DNA of 64,000 bases from NCBI GenBank assembly GCA_014905635.1, contig CM026547.1, forward strand, positions 62,001 through 126,000. The letters run 5' to 3'. This document shows, piece by piece, positions 62,349-64,000 of this stretch; position 1 is the first letter of the stretch; every line of letters starts with the position of its first letter. Below the pieces are notes generated by a model, which saw only the letters and a list, made by a program, of their open reading frames with translations, did not search any database and was not told where the DNA came from. Made by a program: the position numbers and the translations under genes. Source of the stretch: Scenedesmus sp. PABB004. Its lineage: Eukaryota.

Positions 62349-64000
62349 ATGGCGCCGGAGCCGGAGCCGCCGCCGCAGCCCGCGGCCGGAGCAGCGGCGC
62401 CGCGGCAGGCGCCCGCCGGCGGCGGCTTCGCGTACCAGGAGGTGGGGGCGGGCGCGCCAGGACCTGCCGGGGCACGACTGCACCCAGTGCCGCCGCCGCC
62501 GGCGCGCCCGCGCCGTGCGGCGGGCGCAGCCGCAACCGCAGCCCGCCGGCGGCCGAGTGCCACACCGCGGCGGGCCGGGCCCTGGCTGCGCAGCGCCGTG
62601 GATGCCAGCGAGGCGGCCATGCGTCTGCGCAAGCCCTCAGCTCCTGCAGCGGGAGGTCGCCGGCGCTGCGGTCCCTGGCGGAGCGGCTACGGCTGGCGCT
62701 GGCCGCGCTGACCGCCGCCGGCGACGCGACGGTGGAGGCGACCTCGCAGCCATGGAGGCGGGAGGCGCTCGTGGTGCTGCGCCATGGCAGCCTGCGCCAT
62801 GGCAGCCTGCCACGAGCGCCTCCAGCGGCACCTCGCGCGGCCGCGCGGCGCGGCGGCGGCGGCGGCGGCGCCCGACTGGCAGCCGGATGCCGTGCAGGCC
62901 TGTTGGGCGACTGCGGCGCCCGACTGACGGCCGCGCGCGGCCACCTGGCGGCCGCCGCAGCGGCCGCGCAGGGTCGCGCTGCGCCAGCGCCGCCGGCCCA
63001 GCAGCAGCAACAGCAGCAGCCGCCGCCCGCGCCGCGCACGCCCGGGGAGGCGGCGGCGGCTGTCGCGGCGCTGCGTCGCGAGGCCTCGGCCGGCGGGCGC
63101 CGCGCGGTGTGCGCGACGCTCGAGGCGGCGCTGGCTGCGGCGACCGCCGCCGGCGCGGCGACCGCCGCCGGCGCCGGCGTCGCCCGGCGGCCGCAGCGGC
63201 GGCAGGCACCCGCCGCAGCGCGCCGGCGGCGTGCGGCAGCACCCCGACGTGCTCGTCGCGGTCGCGGGCGCGTGCAAGGTGCTGCGCGCCCTGCGCTCGC
63301 GGCACGCCGCGCGCGTGGTGCTGCCCAAGCGGCGCGCCTCCACGCTGGCGCCAGGTGCAGGTGCTGGATCCAGCACCTGCACCTCTGTCCGCCTCGGGCA
63401 CGCAGGCGCTGGATGCTGCGCTGCGCGCGCGCCTGGCCGGGGCGCCCGCCGCGGGCCAGCCGGCCGGCCAGCCGCCGCCGCCCAGCACCGCCCCGCCGGG
63501 CGGAGGCGCCCCGCCGCCCGCGCCGCCGTCCCAGCGGGACTATCAAAGTATGCATCCCAAACGGGGTCTATGAATCAAAGTATGTGTCCCAGACGGGGTC
63601 ATAGACCCCGCTTGGGATGCATGCTTTAATTTTGGCCGGCGCCCCGGGCGCGCGCGCGGCGTGCTGCATGCCAACTCAAAGGTCAACCGAGCCCGCAAAG
63701 CGGCTCGTTGACATTTGAGTTGGCGGCGCTGCAGGTGCGCGTGCGCGTCGAGGGCGCCACCGACCCCGCCCCGCGCCGCGGCCAGCGACTGCCGGCAGAG
63801 CACCGCAGTGGCGGCAGCGCGGCGGCTGCTCTGCGACGCGCTGGCGCCGCACAGCGTGGCCGACGAGGCGGCGCTTGACGCGCTGCCGCTCGACCCGTGC
63901 GAGCTGCGCGGCGTGGAGGGCCTGCCGCCAAGTCGCGGCACAAATCATGCGCGCCCGGCCTGGGTCAGGGTGATTTGTGCCGCGACTTGGCGGCAGGGCC
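62349..64000 (+). CDS. Possible hypothetical or degenerate gene running off the window end
   Basis: Coding-like stretches (MAPEPEPPPQ...FAYQE|GT; LRSLAERLRLALAALT; QHPDVLVAVAGACKVLRAL; RRLLCDALAPHSVADEAALDALPLDPCEL), but I could not build a consistent spliced frame. Confidence 0.3.
63353..63997. repeat. Cluster of four long inverted repeats / palindromes
   Basis: 32-bp perfect palindrome 63353-63384; 32-bp arms 63542-63573/63599-63630 (3 mismatches); about 25-bp stem 63670-63724; perfect 27-bp arms 63921-63947/63971-63997. Confidence 0.9.

Overview
Eukaryotic nuclear DNA, extremely GC-rich (roughly 75-80% by eye), gene-dense and intron-rich. It is most consistent with a chlorophyte green alga (plastid-targeted YCF54 and PsbP-domain genes, TGTAA poly(A)-type signals); a Sphaeropleales-like origin is my inference. 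I reconstructed about 26 spliced protein-coding genes by hand: HSP110-type chaperone, CYP711-clan-like P450, MFS sugar transporter, ETF:ubiquinone oxidoreductase, YCF54, membrane U-box protein, HMG-CoA synthase-like protein with a polyQ/E insert, PPD2, TPT-family translocator, organellar GluRS, ITPK, two tandem Pro-rich membrane proteins, a small secreted Cys-rich protein, an ankyrin-like protein, an LRR plus alpha/beta-hydrolase fusion, the NNRE-PNPO fusion, an SDR, a secreted CBM14-like proprotein next to a subtilase, SCAMP, TSSC4-like and several hypotheticals. Most long ORFs in the six-frame track are GC-bias artefacts. The most striking signal is splicing: 23 of about 109 hand-mapped introns (about 21%) need a GC 5' splice site, and every one follows AG|GC(G/A)(C/A)G. 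Other leads are a candidate bicistronic ITPK locus, a chitin-binding proprotein/subtilase pair, a cluster of long inverted repeats at the right end, a duplicated terminal exon, and a few single-base frameshifts that look like assembly errors. All intron boundaries are manual predictions without transcript evidence.
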